From the IMG/VR virus record IMGVR_UViG_3300036773_000196, positions 1 to 41,200 of that record: a stretch of DNA of 41,200 nucleotides. One strand, written 5' to 3'. Source of the stretch: a virus (Duplodnaviria > Caudoviricetes). Of the stretch, positions 1-7,733 are shown piece by piece. The notes under the pieces are model-generated. The model did no database searches and was not told the origin of the DNA. It was given only the letters and a program-made list of their open reading frames with translations. The translations under genes were made by a program, and so were the position numbers. How positions within the stretch are numbered: position 1 is the stretch's first letter; every line of letters begins with the position of its first letter.

Positions 1-1
1 C

Positions 2-253
2 GGCGGCGACGAGGCGAAGCTGCGCTATTGGGGCCTGCTCGAGGAACGCGACACGGTTCCGGAGGGCGGCGGCCGGACCTCCGGCGAATGGCGGCTCACG
101 GCGCGCGGCGTCTACTTCGTGCGAGACGCCCTCGTCGTGCCGCGCTATGCACTCATCTACAACGGCGAGTGCCTGAAGCTCGAGGAACCCCTGATCGGGA
201 TCCGGCAGGCGCTCGGGAAGAAGTTCAACTACGAGGAGTTGATGAAGCGATGA
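2..253 (+). CDS. 5'-truncated conserved phage hypothetical protein (AKLRYWGL...KFNYEELM); may continue from the ORF at 41068
   Basis: Open frame 2 from the window start to TGA at 251-253, with ATGA overlap into the next gene; not in the ORF track because it lacks a start. Confidence 0.7.
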   Translation, partial: GGDEAKLRYWGLLEERDTVPEGGGRTSGEWRLTARGVYFVRDALVVPRYALIYNGECLKLEEPLIGIRQALGKKFNYEELMKR

Positions 254-510
254 ACCCGTACGAACGAATCGCCCTCTGCGCGGAGCTACTGAACTGCGAG
301 TACCGCGCCGAACAACTGAAAGCGCGGCTCGGCCAGTCCGCCGCCGAACGCTCGGATCAGATGGGCCAGCCCGTGGAGGAAGAGGTCCCCGCCCACATGG
401 TCATCCCCGACGAGGCCCGGCCGCGGGCGGAAGCTCGCCTCGCCGCGCTCGAGGCCCGGTGCCAAGAGATCCTCCAAGCGCTGTGGCCGATCGATGAGGG
501 CCTCCTATGA
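250..510 (+). CDS. hypothetical protein (MNPYERIALC...)
   Basis: ATGA coupling at both ends; C-terminal part of ORF 28..510. Confidence 0.65.
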   Translation: MNPYERIALCAELLNCEYRAEQLKARLGQSAAERSDQMGQPVEEEVPAHMVIPDEARPRAEARLAALEARCQEILQALWPIDEGLL

Positions 511-821
511 CGGCGATGGGCGACAGGGATCGCCGGGCGTTCGGGCACCTGTTCGAGGTGGCGGTCGAGCAGGGCATACCGCCGGCGGCGATCCTCGCCT
601 ACGTCGCGGAGCTAACCCACGAGGCCGACCCGGTGCCGGATCCGACCGGGAAGCTCTGCATCTACGCGATGAACGAGGAGGAGGGCACGATCGAGAAAGC
701 GATGATGGGGCGGGACGGCGACTACGTCCTCCACCTGGGGCCGCGCTACGAACTCGCCCACACGAACGTGTTCCCCAAATCCGGAACTACGCAGTTGACG
801 GTGAAGCGACGGCCGACGTGA
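507..821 (+). CDS. hypothetical protein
   Basis: ATGA/GTGA-coupled ORF with ordinary protein composition. Confidence 0.65.
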   Translation: MTAMGDRDRRAFGHLFEVAVEQGIPPAAILAYVAELTHEADPVPDPTGKLCIYAMNEEEGTIEKAMMGRDGDYVLHLGPRYELAHTNVFPKSGTTQLTVKRRPT

Positions 822-1072
822 GCGCGTGGGTCGCCCAGCGCGCCGGTTGGGAAGTGCTGCCGATCGTCGACGCCCCGGTGACGGCGATCTCCGCCGGCGC
901 CCGGTGCCCGAAGTGCGGGGGCGACGGCTGGGAGATCGAGCCGGAATGCTGCGGCAACACCACCCCGTCGGGCGAATGCCGGGGCGACTGCGCCGTCCCG
1001 GTGCAGGTGCCGTGCTCGGCGTGTGGGGGGAGCGGCGAAGTACCCGAAGAGCAGACCGAGCTTCCGTTGTGA
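818..1072 (+). CDS. small zinc-finger protein with DnaJ-type CxxCxGxG repeats, ending QTELPL
   Basis: CPKCGGDG and CSACGGSG motifs; GTGA overlap with the upstream stop. Confidence 0.7.
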   Translation: MSAWVAQRAGWEVLPIVDAPVTAISAGARCPKCGGDGWEIEPECCGNTTPSGECRGDCAVPVQVPCSACGGSGEVPEEQTELPL

Positions 1073-1329
1073 AGGGCGCGCCCGACGTCGGCTCGCTCTG
1101 GCACTACCCGCCGTGGACGAACCCGTCGTGGTCGGGCCCGTGGCGGGTGATCGGGGTCGGCCGCCGAAAGACGCACGAGTGGGCCGAACGGGTCGTGTTC
1201 CTCGAGCGGGTGGACGGGCCGCCGGAAAGCTGGCAGACCGAGCCCTACGAGGCGTCGTTCGAACACGCGGATTGGCCGGGCCTCTGGGAGCCGTGGCCGT
1301 CGGTGCCCGACTTCCCTCCCAGTAGTTAG
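1069..1329 (+). CDS. Trp/Pro-rich hypothetical protein
   Basis: GTGA-coupled start; C-terminal part of ORF 826..1329. Confidence 0.55.
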   Translation: MKGAPDVGSLWHYPPWTNPSWSGPWRVIGVGRRKTHEWAERVVFLERVDGPPESWQTEPYEASFEHADWPGLWEPWPSVPDFPPSS

Positions 1330-1516
1330 TTACCTGTTTGAGAGTAGTAGGGCCTGTGGAGAAGTCGCGAGGCGGCGTGAATCCCCTGCTCGGTGCGGGG
1401 ATCGGGCCTGTGGAAAGCCCTGTGGACGAATGGGGACAACTCTCGATTTGCAAATTGCGATTCGCGAAATGCACACCGTCCACAGCCCGGCGTCCACAGG
1501 CTGTGGATAACTCACA
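1321..1516. promoter_or_regulatory. oriC-like origin: DnaA-box cluster with DnaA-trio unwinding element
   Basis: Perfect TGTGGATAA at 1502-1510; variants TGTGGAGAA 1355, TGTGGAAAG 1409, TGTGGACGA 1421, TGGGGACAA 1431, CCGTCCACA 1476, GCGTCCACA 1490; minus strand TTCTCCACA-GGCC-CTACTAC (1363-1344) beside AT-richer 1321-1340; intergenic. Confidence 0.8.
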
Positions 1517-1581
1517 GGTGATTTATGCCGACGCCGACCGGGTGTAGTCTCGCGCGGCACCCACCACACGAAGGAGAAGCG

Positions 1582-1989
1582 ATGGCCCAACCACGACGCA
1601 CCCCCAGCCGCGATCCGGAGGACGACCACGATGACGGCGGCCCGCAGGACCCACCGGCGAAGAGCTTCGCCGTCTTCATCCAAGATCAGCGCGCCGGCGC
1701 CCTGCACAACGAACTCAGCGAGGCCCTCGCCGAGGTCGTCCAGCGGGTCATCGACCTGAACAAAGCCGGGTCGCTGGCGCTCTCGATCAAGGTGTCGCCG
1801 GCGGGCAAAGGGCAGGCGGCGGTGTTCATCACCGACGAGGTGAAATCGAAACCGCCGGAGGACAAGCAGTCCTTCATGTACTTCAGCGACGGCCACGGGA
1901 ATATCTCGCGGTCGAACCCGAACCAGCCCGAGCTTCCGCTGCGCGAGGTGCCAGCGCCGGAGCCGCGCGATCTACCACCGAGGAGCTAG
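1582..1989 (+). CDS. YfdP-like phage protein (usual partner of DUF2303)
   Basis: RBS GAAGGAG before ATG 1582; G.LH.ELSEAL..VV..V....KAGSL.L.IKV and GNISRSNPNQPELPL pattern; directly upstream of DUF2303. Confidence 0.75.
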   Translation: MAQPRRTPSRDPEDDHDDGGPQDPPAKSFAVFIQDQRAGALHNELSEALAEVVQRVIDLNKAGSLALSIKVSPAGKGQAAVFITDEVKSKPPEDKQSFMYFSDGHGNISRSNPNQPELPLREVPAPEPRDLPPRS

Positions 1990-1992
1990 ACG

Positions 1993-2889
1993 ATGGGACG
2001 ACACGAAGAAGGAACCGAGATCGAGGGCCAGCCGTTGACGGCCTCCCTCGGCCACATGGGCGGCGATGCCGCCGTCATCCGCGACATAACCGAGGCGACG
2101 TTCGAGCCGGTCGAGATCTCGCCGGACAAGCTCTACGTGCTGCGGCAGGCCGACGGCACGCTGAAGCCGACCAGCCTCGAGCGCTACCGGCCGACGCCCG
2201 ACCGCATCCGCGGCACCTACGAGGCGGCGACGGTGGAATCCTTCACCGACTACGTCCGCGAGTGGGCGACCGACAAAACGACCGTGTGGGTCCACCCGAC
2301 GTCGGCCTCGGTCATCGCCGTGATCAACGACGGCGATATGGGCGCAGATGCGATCGGGTGGCGCGATCACCGGGTCGAGTTGAAGCTGCTTCCCACGCCG
2401 GAGTGGACCTTCTGGAAAGACGGCTCCGGCAAACCGATGAACCAGCAGCAGTTCGCCGAGCACATAGAGGACGGGATGTCTCAAATCGTGGACCCGTCGG
2501 CCGCGACGATGCTCGAACTCGCGCAGTCGCTCCACGTGAAGACGAACGTCCAGTTCCGCTCGCAGATCGAGTTGCAGGACGGGTCGGCCAAGTTGCAGTA
2601 CGACGAAGAGGTTGAAGGTTCGGCCGGGAACAAGGGTCAGATCGTCATCCCCGAAACGTTCGAACTCGCGCTCGCGCCCTACGTGGGCGAGGACTCGTTC
2701 AAGCTGAAGGCGCGGTTCAGGTACCGGCCGCAGGGCGGCAAGCTGACCCTCGGCTACAAGCTGATGGATATGGAGCTCGCCGAACGGACGATCCTCGAAG
2801 AGATCGCGAAGAACGTCCGGAGCGGCATCGGTGCACTCGGCAAGGTCTACCTGGGCGCCGCGCCGGCGCCGTTGTCGGCCCAGTCCTGA
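1993..2889 (+). CDS. DUF2303 / YfdQ-family protein
   Basis: SF.DYV, GWRDHR, TPEW..W, MNQQQFAEHIED, IPETFEL...PY, ARFRYR motifs; AGGAG RBS. Confidence 0.85.
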   Translation: MGRHEEGTEIEGQPLTASLGHMGGDAAVIRDITEATFEPVEISPDKLYVLRQADGTLKPTSLERYRPTPDRIRGTYEAATVESFTDYVREWATDKTTVWVHPTSASVIAVINDGDMGADAIGWRDHRVELKLLPTPEWTFWKDGSGKPMNQQQFAEHIEDGMSQIVDPSAATMLELAQSLHVKTNVQFRSQIELQDGSAKLQYDEEVEGSAGNKGQIVIPETFELALAPYVGEDSFKLKARFRYRPQGGKLTLGYKLMDMELAERTILEEIAKNVRSGIGALGKVYLGAAPAPLSAQS

Positions 2890-2899
2890 CCCTCGAGTT

Positions 2900-2947
2900 C
2901 AGGCTGAGCGGTTCCACGTGAAACGCTCGTGGCGACCGCTCAGCCTG
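2900..2947. repeat. 13-bp perfect inverted repeat overlapping and enclosing the parS site (possible terminator)
   Basis: CAGGCTGAGCGGT (2900-2912) / ACCGCTCAGCCTG (2935-2947). Confidence 0.8.
2911..2924. promoter_or_regulatory. parS: chromosomal-type parS site (ParB/Spo0J binding)
   Basis: GTTCCACGTGAAAC, 13/14 match to the palindrome GTTTCACGTGAAAC; intergenic; 1.4 kb from the DnaA-box cluster. Confidence 0.75.
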
Positions 2948-2960
2948 CAACCCTCGTCCG

Positions 2961-3122
2961 ATGCATTTCTTCCTGACCTTCCTCGGCGCCGTGATGTGGG
3001 TCGCCGGAGGCTTCGTCCTCTGGCGGGAAGCCAACGCGGCCGAGCCCACCTACGAGTTGACCGGCGGCGCGGTTGTGCTGGTCGCGCTCGGCGCGGCGGT
3101 GTTTGCGGATGGCCTCTCGTGA
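2961..3122 (+). CDS. small two-TM membrane protein
   Basis: MHFFLTFLGAVMWVAGGFVLW...GGAVVLVALGAAVFADGLS*, 53 aa, below the ORF-track cutoff. Confidence 0.55.
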   Translation: MHFFLTFLGAVMWVAGGFVLWREANAAEPTYELTGGAVVLVALGAAVFADGLS

Positions 3123-3178
3123 CGAGTTGCTCGCCGCCTACCCACTCCTCGCCGACCCCAGGATCGCGGCGCTGATCA

Positions 3179-3595
3179 ATGGGGAAGGGGACGCGGGAGA
3201 GGGCGCGGCGAGCGGGTCCGGCGAAGCTGATCCTGCCGCAGGAGAACGAACGGCGGGCGTACCGGGCGATGCAGCGCCGCCAGCGCGAGGCGGCGGCGCA
3301 GACGCTCGAGCCACCGAAGACGGAGAAGCCGGCGTGGATGTGCCGCGTGGTCGGCTGCCGGAACCTCTCGCTCGCCGGCCACGACGGGCCCGACGGCATC
3401 GTGTGGCTGTGCGGAAGCTGTAGCCGGATCGCCGTCCACAACCTCCGCCAGGCCGAGCTTGCCGAGCGCTTCACCGAGGCGATCGCCGAGCTCTACCGCC
3501 CCGCGCTCGAGGCCCACGAGCGCCGCCACGGGTGGAAGTCGCTCATCTACACGGAGTCGCACCTACCGGCGTTGCCGCGTCCCGCCCTGCGATGA
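3179..3595 (+). CDS. hypothetical protein with CxxxxC...CxxC, possibly Zn-binding
   Basis: WMCRVVGC and WLCGSC; ATGA-coupled to the next ORF. Confidence 0.55.
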   Translation: MGKGTRERARRAGPAKLILPQENERRAYRAMQRRQREAAAQTLEPPKTEKPAWMCRVVGCRNLSLAGHDGPDGIVWLCGSCSRIAVHNLRQAELAERFTEAIAELYRPALEAHERRHGWKSLIYTESHLPALPRPALR

Positions 3596-3849
3596 CGGGT
3601 GACGGCGGCTCTACGATCCCGGCATCGCTCCCGCCGGCTCCGCACTGCCACGTCTTCCACATCGACTTCGATCATCCCTCGGTCAGTCATTGCGCATGCG
3701 GGAAGGTCAAGCGCTACAAACCCGTGCCTTGGACGGACGGTGCTGATGCTGCTCCACGGGCACCGCGCGCCGCTGCCGCCCCGGTCCCTGCGGCCGAGCA
3801 ACCGGCGAGGCCGTCGGGCGTCACGTGGCGCCGCGGCCCGCGCGGGTAG
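3592..3849 (+). CDS. small His/Cys hypothetical protein
   Basis: HCHVF...HCACGK; ATGA overlap. Confidence 0.45.
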   Translation: MTGDGGSTIPASLPPAPHCHVFHIDFDHPSVSHCACGKVKRYKPVPWTDGADAAPRAPRAAAAPVPAAEQPARPSGVTWRRGPRG

Positions 3850-3885
3850 ACACCTCCTCGCCACGCTGCTGGAACCCGGGCGCGT

Positions 3886-4539
3886 GTGGCCGTGATCGTC
3901 ACCGCCCATCAGCCCACCTATCTGCCCGGCGTCTCGGTCATGGCGAAGATCGCTCGGGCCGACGCGGTCGTCTGGTTGGACGACGTCCGGTTCACCACGC
4001 CGGGTTTCGTCAATCGCAACCAGCTTCCGGACGGCACGTGGCTGACGGTGCCGGTCGAGCGCCGCGATCATCGGACCACCGTCCGCGAGGTCGTGCTCGC
4101 CGGCGAGAGTTGGAGGGCGGAGCACAGCAAGATCCTCCATGACCACTACTCGGAACTGGCCCACTTCGAGCCGCGCGTCCTCTACCTGCTGAACTCCGAG
4201 TGGGCCGACCCGGGCGGCCTGCTGGTCGATCTCAACTACAGGATGCTCGATCTGATCTTCGAGGGCCTCGGCTTCGCTCCCGTCCAGCAGCGGGAATCCA
4301 CTCTCGACTTCGGGCGCGGCGGTTCCCTGTCATCGCGGCTCGCGCGCATGGTGCGTGCGGTCGGCGGCACCGCCTACCTCGCCGCGCCGTCCCGACGCCT
4401 CGACCCCCACGCCTTCGCCGCCGAGGGCGTAGAGCTTCTCGCGTTCGACTTCGCCGGACCCAACCCGAGCGTCATCGACCCGCTGTTCCGAACCGGCCAG
4501 CTACCCACCGCCCCCCGCCAGGAGGTCACCGTCGCATGA
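3886..4539 (+). CDS. WbqC-like family protein
   Basis: AHQPTYLP...KIARAD..VWLDDV.F....FVNRN...WLTVPV, GGTAYL and SVIDPLF signatures. Confidence 0.8.
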   Translation: MAVIVTAHQPTYLPGVSVMAKIARADAVVWLDDVRFTTPGFVNRNQLPDGTWLTVPVERRDHRTTVREVVLAGESWRAEHSKILHDHYSELAHFEPRVLYLLNSEWADPGGLLVDLNYRMLDLIFEGLGFAPVQQRESTLDFGRGGSLSSRLARMVRAVGGTAYLAAPSRRLDPHAFAAEGVELLAFDFAGPNPSVIDPLFRTGQLPTAPRQEVTVA

Positions 4540-6683
4540 AGTCCCTGATCGCCCAACGGATCAAGGCGAGCGCCGCCGGCGCCGCCGAGCACGGGTACGG
4601 GATGACCGGCGCCTACGGCGAACGCTACGAGCCGGAGTCCCGGCAGGAGTTCGTGGACGCCTCGATCGACCGGGTGTGGACGGCGCGCTGCATCAGCCTG
4701 ATCAGCAAATCCATGACGCAGGTGGACATGCAGGTGAAAACGGGATCGACCGATGCCGACTGGCAGGACGAACACCCGCTGATCGACCTTCTCCGCCGCC
4801 CCCACTCGGCGGATCCGGCGCTGATGTTCTTCGAGTGGTCGGTCCGCTGGGCCGAGACGATCGGGGAATGGTATTGGGAGGTGGTGCCGTCCCGGCGCGG
4901 CGCGATCGCCGAACTCTTCCCGTTGCAGGGGCACAAAGTCCGGATCGAGCCCGACGAGGACACGGGCGAAACGAGGGGGTTCATCTACGACCCGAACATG
5001 AACGGGATCGACGTCGTGAAGTACAGCGCGCCGGTCGCCGGGGTCGCCGCCACCGACGGTCCGGAAGGGCGGCCGATCGCGGTCGCCGGGCGCTACGCGA
5101 ACCCGAAGGATGACTTCTACGGGCTGGCCCCGCTGCGCTCGGCGAAGGACCCGATCATCTCCGAGTACTACGGGGTCCGCTACGACCACCGTTTTTTCCG
5201 GAACTCCGCCCGCCCCGACGTCGTGATCGGCTTCAAAGGCAAGCGCGACAAAGAACAGAAGCTCGCGGACAAGAAGAACTGGAACGAGTTCAAGGGCGTG
5301 GACAACAGCCACCGCGCGATGGTGCTCGACAACGATCCCTCGGTCCACCTGCTCTCCCAGAACCCGAAAGACGTGGAGTATCTCGAGGGCCGCTACCTCT
5401 CCCGCGAGGAGCAGTGCGCGGCGTTCGGCGTGCCGCCGGTGCTGGTCGGCGATCTGCGCCGCGCCACCTACTCCAACTACGAGGTGGCCGAGTACATCTT
5501 TTGGAAGGACACGATGTTGGAGAAGCTCGAATTCTTCGCCACCTGGGCGAACTTCGTCCTGCTCCCCTACTTCCCCGACGTGCGCGAGCTCGGCTTCGAC
5601 GTGTCCGAAATCACCGCCTTGCAGAAAGCCGAGGGCTGGCGCTCCGAACGGGTGCAGGGCGAAGTGGCCGGCGGACTGCTCACCCCGAACGAGGGTCGCG
5701 AGCGCTTCGACCGCGAGCCGATGGACGAGGCCGGCGCCGATGATCTATGGATGCCGACGAAATCGCGGCCGATCTCGATCGCCAACAAACCGCCCGACCC
5801 GGCGCCGGGCGCGCCGACGCCTCCCTCACCGCCGGGGCCGGGCGAAACGCCGGCCGCCGAAGGCGACCCTGATCCTGTCGCCGCCGCGGCGAAGGCTGCC
5901 GGGCTGAGCGTGAAAGAGGCGTTCCGCGTCCTCGAGAAGACGACCGTCACGACGTGGATCCGCAACGCCTCCGAGGCCAAGGCCCGCTTCTCCGAGCGCG
6001 CGAAGGAAGAGATCGCCAAGCTCTTCACCGAGCAGGCGAAGGCGATCCGCGCGATCCTCGATCCGGACGCGAAGGCGGGCCCGTCGGTGGGGGAGATCGA
6101 ACGGCTGCTCTCCGAATACGACTGGGGCGAGGATGCGGTGAAGCTGCACTCGGTCGTCGACGCGATGCGGGCGGGCCTCGCCGCCGCCAGCTTCAAGCTC
6201 ACCGAACGGGCCACCGAGACGGAAGCCGGCTATGGCCTGACCGAGCGGGTGCTGAAGGCGCTGGCCAATCGTCCCGACGGGATCCAGTCGGTCGCCGGGC
6301 GGGTCAAGGCCGAGGTGCTCGACCAGGTGCGCAAGGGCATCGAACACGGCCTCACCTTCCGGCAGATCGCAGAAGGCGGGAAATTCAAATCCGCCACGGA
6401 AGCCGCCGAGGAAGTCGAGATCAAGGGCGTGCAGGGGGTCTACGACGAGTACACGACTTGGCAGGCCGAGCGGATCGCGCGCTCGGAGGCGGGCGTCACC
6501 TTCAACCGCTCGAGCGCCGCGCTGATGACGGAAGCGGGCCTCAGCGAGGTGGACATCATCGACGGCGAGGACGACGAACCCTGCAAGGCGTGGAACGGCT
6601 CGCGGAAATCGCTCGCGGAGTACGAAGCGAATCCGCTCGCCCACCCGAACTGCACGCGGATCGGGCTCCCGGTGATCGAGTGA
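4536..6683 (+). CDS. HK97-family portal protein fused to a MuF-like head morphogenesis domain
   Basis: YGLAPL, FFRNSARP, AAFGVPPVLVG, ATYSN, LTPNEGRE; Pro-rich linker; C-terminal AERIARSE...HPNC; ATG 4536 overlaps the WbqC stop. Confidence 0.9.
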   Translation: MKSLIAQRIKASAAGAAEHGYGMTGAYGERYEPESRQEFVDASIDRVWTARCISLISKSMTQVDMQVKTGSTDADWQDEHPLIDLLRRPHSADPALMFFEWSVRWAETIGEWYWEVVPSRRGAIAELFPLQGHKVRIEPDEDTGETRGFIYDPNMNGIDVVKYSAPVAGVAATDGPEGRPIAVAGRYANPKDDFYGLAPLRSAKDPIISEYYGVRYDHRFFRNSARPDVVIGFKGKRDKEQKLADKKNWNEFKGVDNSHRAMVLDNDPSVHLLSQNPKDVEYLEGRYLSREEQCAAFGVPPVLVGDLRRATYSNYEVAEYIFWKDTMLEKLEFFATWANFVLLPYFPDVRELGFDVSEITALQKAEGWRSERVQGEVAGGLLTPNEGRERFDREPMDEAGADDLWMPTKSRPISIANKPPDPAPGAPTPPSPPGPGETPAAEGDPDPVAAAAKAAGLSVKEAFRVLEKTTVTTWIRNASEAKARFSERAKEEIAKLFTEQAKAIRAILDPDAKAGPSVGEIERLLSEYDWGEDAVKLHSVVDAMRAGLAAASFKLTERATETEAGYGLTERVLKALANRPDGIQSVAGRVKAEVLDQVRKGIEHGLTFRQIAEGGKFKSATEAAEEVEIKGVQGVYDEYTTWQAERIARSEAGVTFNRSSAALMTEAGLSEVDIIDGEDDEPCKAWNGSRKSLAEYEANPLAHPNCTRIGLPVIE

Positions 6684-7021
6684 ATCAGCGCGCGAACCGT
6701 CTCGATCTCGCGATCGTCCGCGGCACCACGCTGTGGCGCGAAGTCGAATGGACCGACGAGGATCGCGTCAAGGTCCCCTTCGGCGCCGGCTGGTCGGGGG
6801 CCGCCCAGGTGCGCCACAAAAACGGGGACCTGATCATCGCCCTCGGCGTGACCCTCGAAGATCCCGGCATCATCCAGGTGCGCGCGACCCCCGTGCAGAC
6901 GGCGGCGATCGCCGATACGTGGCAGGTGGGCGAGTGGGATCTTCTGCTGACCGACCCCGCCACGAACGTCTGGCCGATCCTCTTCGGCGAGGTGGAGATC
7001 TTCACGGCGGTGACGAGGTGA
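6680..7021 (+). CDS. virion structural protein (BppU-N/Ig-like fibre adaptor)
   Basis: DL.IVRG.T...AAQVR...WDLLLTDP......G.V pattern; precedes the collagen gene. Confidence 0.6.
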   Translation: MNQRANRLDLAIVRGTTLWREVEWTDEDRVKVPFGAGWSGAAQVRHKNGDLIIALGVTLEDPGIIQVRATPVQTAAIADTWQVGEWDLLLTDPATNVWPILFGEVEIFTAVTR

Positions 7022-7680
7022 GCGAGGACCGGATCGTCATCGTCCGCGACCGGGTGGTCATCCGCGGCGCCGGCGCGATCGGCACGATCGGACCCCCCGG
7101 CCCTGCCGGTCCCGGCGGCGGTGGCGAAGAAGGCGCGAAAGGACCCACCGGGGACAAAGGGCCGACGGGCGACAAAGGCCCTACCGGCGATAAAGGCGCC
7201 GCGGGGGAAGCCGGGGCGAAAGGCGCGGCCGGAGACAAAGGTCCCGCGGGGGACAAAGGAGCGGAAGGGTCCAAAGGCCCCGAAGGCGCGAAAGGGCCTG
7301 AAGGTGATCAGGGGCCGCCCGGGGAAGCCGGCGAAGGCGGAGCCGCCGCGCTGACGTGGCTCGAATTCCCGCGTGCGGCCGGGGTCGAAGAGTTCGGCGA
7401 ACCGTACGGCCCGGTCGAGTATGCCTTCGACGCGGATCACATCTACTTCCGCGGGCTGCCGGAGATCGCGGCGATGGAAAACGGGAAGGTGCTCGGCACC
7501 CTCCCGCCCGAAGCGCGGCCCGCCTTCCAACGGCCGAGCCGCATCGGTGGTGCCAACTCGGACACCGAACAGTTCCTCATCGTCGTGAAGAAAAACGGGG
7601 AAGTCGTCGCCGTGGCCGCCATCGTCGCGGGCGCCGGTCCGGCGCTCCCGATGTTCGATGAACTGACGATCCCGAAGTAG
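7018..7680 (+). CDS. collagen-like fibre protein (probable head fibre)
   Basis: About 22 consecutive Gly-X-Y triplets (GPTGDK repeats) plus a C-terminal LGTLPPEARP domain. Confidence 0.8.
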   Translation: MSEDRIVIVRDRVVIRGAGAIGTIGPPGPAGPGGGGEEGAKGPTGDKGPTGDKGPTGDKGAAGEAGAKGAAGDKGPAGDKGAEGSKGPEGAKGPEGDQGPPGEAGEGGAAALTWLEFPRAAGVEEFGEPYGPVEYAFDADHIYFRGLPEIAAMENGKVLGTLPPEARPAFQRPSRIGGANSDTEQFLIVVKKNGEVVAVAAIVAGAGPALPMFDELTIPK

Positions 7681-7733
7681 CCCCACGAATCCCCCACGAA
7701 GCAACGTCCACACCACCTAGGAGGATTTGACAG

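Noticed and set aside
1-11. Terminal 11-mer as a cos overhang
   Set aside because: It lies inside a coding frame and far from terS; more likely an assembly overlap or microhomology
1505-1532. Possible dif/Xer site (GATAA...TTATG)
   Set aside because: Spacing between ATAA and TTAT is much longer than the 6-bp dif core; better explained as a DnaA box plus promoter region
2529-2543. Second parS-like sequence GCTCCACGTGAAGAC inside yfdQ
   Set aside because: Several mismatches in the outer arms and explained by coding sequence (LHVK)
3109-3423. Alternative ORF MASRDELLAAYPLLADP...
   Set aside because: Overlaps 3179-3595 and becomes low-complexity after about 25 codons; cannot be fully excluded
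7130-7340. 18-bp tandem repeats as CRISPR or VNTR
   Set aside because: In-frame collagen Gly-X-Y codons with no unique spacers
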